A DNA stretch of 63,737 nucleotides, counting the filler, from Lama guanicoe (taxonomy: Eukaryota), in the NCBI GenBank assembly GCA_013239625.1. It is 210 parts of 210 records of this genome, joined end to end, with 100 filler letters (N's around TTAATTAATTAA, not from the genome) between each part and the next. Parts side by side here need not be neighbours in the genome. Positions count along the whole stretch, not along the records: positions 63,534 to 63,737 come from PNXV01032695.1; 209 more parts are not named here. One strand, given 5' to 3'. A program made the position numbers and the translations under genes. Positions within the stretch are counted from its first letter, which is position 1. Each line of letters opens with the position of its first letter. Positions 63,434 to 63,737 of this stretch are shown piece by piece. Below the pieces are notes generated by a model. That model made no database searches. It was not told the DNA's origin and saw only the letters and a program-made list of their open reading frames with translations.

Positions 63434-63737
63434 NNNNNNNNNNNNNNNNNNNNNNNNNNNNNNNNNNNNNNNNNNNNTTAATTAATTAANNNNNNNNNNN
63501 NNNNNNNNNNNNNNNNNNNNNNNNNNNNNNNNNGTCCCTGTCCTGTCCACCAAGCACTCTTACCTTACACGCTCAGACATCCGCTCACCTGTCTCAGTGT
63601 CCAAGGAGTTAATCCTTCCTGCCTCCTTTATGGAACCTCTGAACCCCTCAGCGTCATGACCACATCATGGTCCTTTCCTGCTTGGACATCTGTCTGACTC
63701 CTGGAATCTGGAGCCCGGAGATCAAGGATGATGACCT

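Overview
This window is not contiguous DNA. It is a concatenation of 210 tiny unplaced contigs (204 bp each, except one of 203 bp and one of 202 bp) joined by 209 identical synthetic 100-bp spacers (N44-TTAATTAATTAA-N44, a palindrome with stop codons in all six frames). Adjacency between contigs means nothing, and nearly all supplied ORFs are artefacts that run into the spacer. The contigs are placental-mammal genomic DNA, probably camelid judging from the L1 3' ends (inference). They are dominated by L1, L2, MIR, MaLR/ERV LTR and Tigger/MER fragments. Recognisable genic pieces are a LILR-family Ig exon end, an OR6C-like olfactory receptor fragment, an intron-containing tRNA-Leu(CAA), a gamma-like ERV gag zinc knuckle, a degenerate unprocessed copy of MAPK1/ERK2 exon 1 and three CpG-island promoter fragments. 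Two tandem satellites can be reconstructed across contigs (a ~248-bp monomer, and a 7-bp repeat with a 63-bp higher-order unit). There is also a telomeric (TTAGGG)n edge and four near-duplicate contig pairs. No multi-gene system can be supported from this sequence.
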